DNA from: Bacteroidales bacterium
GTDB taxonomy: Bacteria; Bacteroidota; Bacteroidia; Bacteroidales; VadinHA17
Direction of reading: 5' to 3'
Assembly: GCA_017882245.1 (NCBI GenBank)
Contig: JADGPV010000035.1
Location: 1 to 35,492 of the forward strand
Length of the DNA: 35,492 nucleotides
In this document: piece after piece, positions 35,137-35,492 of the stretch
How the letters are laid out: each line of letters begins with the position of its first letter
Numbering within the stretch: position 1 is the first letter of the stretch
The notes under the pieces: model-generated
Told to the model about the DNA's origin: nothing
Seen by the model: only the letters and a program-made list of their open reading frames with translations
Databases searched by the model: none
Position numbers and translations under genes: made by a program

Positions 35137-35492
35137 ATGAAGGGATTGTTTTTAAGTATGATTCTGGCACTTGCGTGCTCATTCTCTTATTCACAGAAGG
35201 CCTATGAGCTGTCGCACCAGGTTCTGGTGCCGGCCGCAAGCGTTGAACCGGTCAAAGACGGGATATCTTATCAGCAGACTGTTGGTGAGACAGCAGTGGA
35301 GATAACCCTTCCTGATGTATATATTCTTACTCAGGGTTTTCAGCAGCCACGCTTTATACCAAAAATCGATCTTCCTGTAAGGGAAGGGAACGGGGTGGAT
35401 TTCTTCCCAAATCCGGTAACTGAGACAGTAAATCACATATTTAATATCAGGATGTACGGAGTGCTGGGCAGGCACTATTATATCATTATCAC
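35137..35492 (+). CDS. small secreted protein with T9SS-type C-terminal sorting-domain-like tail (partial, runs off the right edge)
   Basis: Not in the ORF track because there is no stop in the window. ATG at 35137 is followed by 118 stop-free codons. It has a signal peptide (MKGLFLSMILALACSFSYSQ). From about residue 85 the segment GVDFFPNPVTETVNHIFNIRMYGVLGRHYYIII resembles the start of a T9SS type-A CTD (..yPNP....l.i......i.d..G..v). Confidence 0.55.
   Translation, partial: MKGLFLSMILALACSFSYSQKAYELSHQVLVPAASVEPVKDGISYQQTVGETAVEITLPDVYILTQGFQQPRFIPKIDLPVREGNGVDFFPNPVTETVNHIFNIRMYGVLGRHYYIII

Noticed and set aside
35191-35475. 94-aa minus-strand ORF at the right edge.
   Set aside because: The plus strand carries a better candidate, with a promoter-like box, ATG, signal peptide and a T9SS-like tail. 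The minus-strand product has no signal or motif.
1-35492. Search for rRNA, tRNA, CRISPR arrays, transposases, integrases, phage genes, restriction-modification, toxin-antitoxin or known defence genes.
   Set aside because: None found. The largest non-coding gaps are 216, 200 and 166 nt, with no spaced-repeat array and no recombinase or nuclease motifs beyond RNase HI/HII. The window looks like core chromosome and not an accessory island.

Overview
This is a dense chromosomal segment of about 30 CDS with short or overlapping gene junctions. Gene content and promoter-like motifs point to a member of the Bacteroidota: an S46 dipeptidyl-peptidase, a tricorn-like S41 protease, CBM9/DUF5916 outer-membrane proteins, a T9SS-like C-terminal tail, a LytS/LytTR pair, and TAnnTTTG boxes upstream of several starts. 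Left to right the window holds: a pgi (partial)-GH13-PPK2 block; a tricorn-like protease; YciI plus an NAD(P)-binding protein, divergent from a DoxX-fusion protein; a TAT-signal TldD with a signal-less PmbA; two MFS transporters flanking an unknown membrane protein; and a TolC-MacA-MacB(ATPase)-MacB(permease) efflux operon followed directly by a LytS-type kinase and a LytTR regulator. It continues with two tandem paralogous CBM9/DUF5916 proteins; an orphan DUF1987/SiaC-like protein translationally coupled to a ProX-like deacylase; rnhA; MarC; an S46 peptidase; rnhB; a GT4 glycosyltransferase; a Wzx-like flippase; and a partial small secreted protein. I see no rRNA, tRNA, CRISPR array, transposase, integrase, or recognisable defence or toxin-antitoxin genes, so I cannot name a clear-cut novel multi-gene system. 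The observations most worth follow-up are: (1) an intergenic palindromic repeat present twice with a compensatory double substitution; (2) 21-bp-phased direct repeats upstream of the efflux operon that fit LytTR-type binding geometry; (3) the tandem DUF5916 paralogs of unknown function; (4) the DoxX fusion with an internal relic TAT-like signal; (5) the TAT-TldD / signal-less PmbA pair; and (6) the SiaC-like/ProX coupling. All family calls come from motif recognition by eye and no searches were run.
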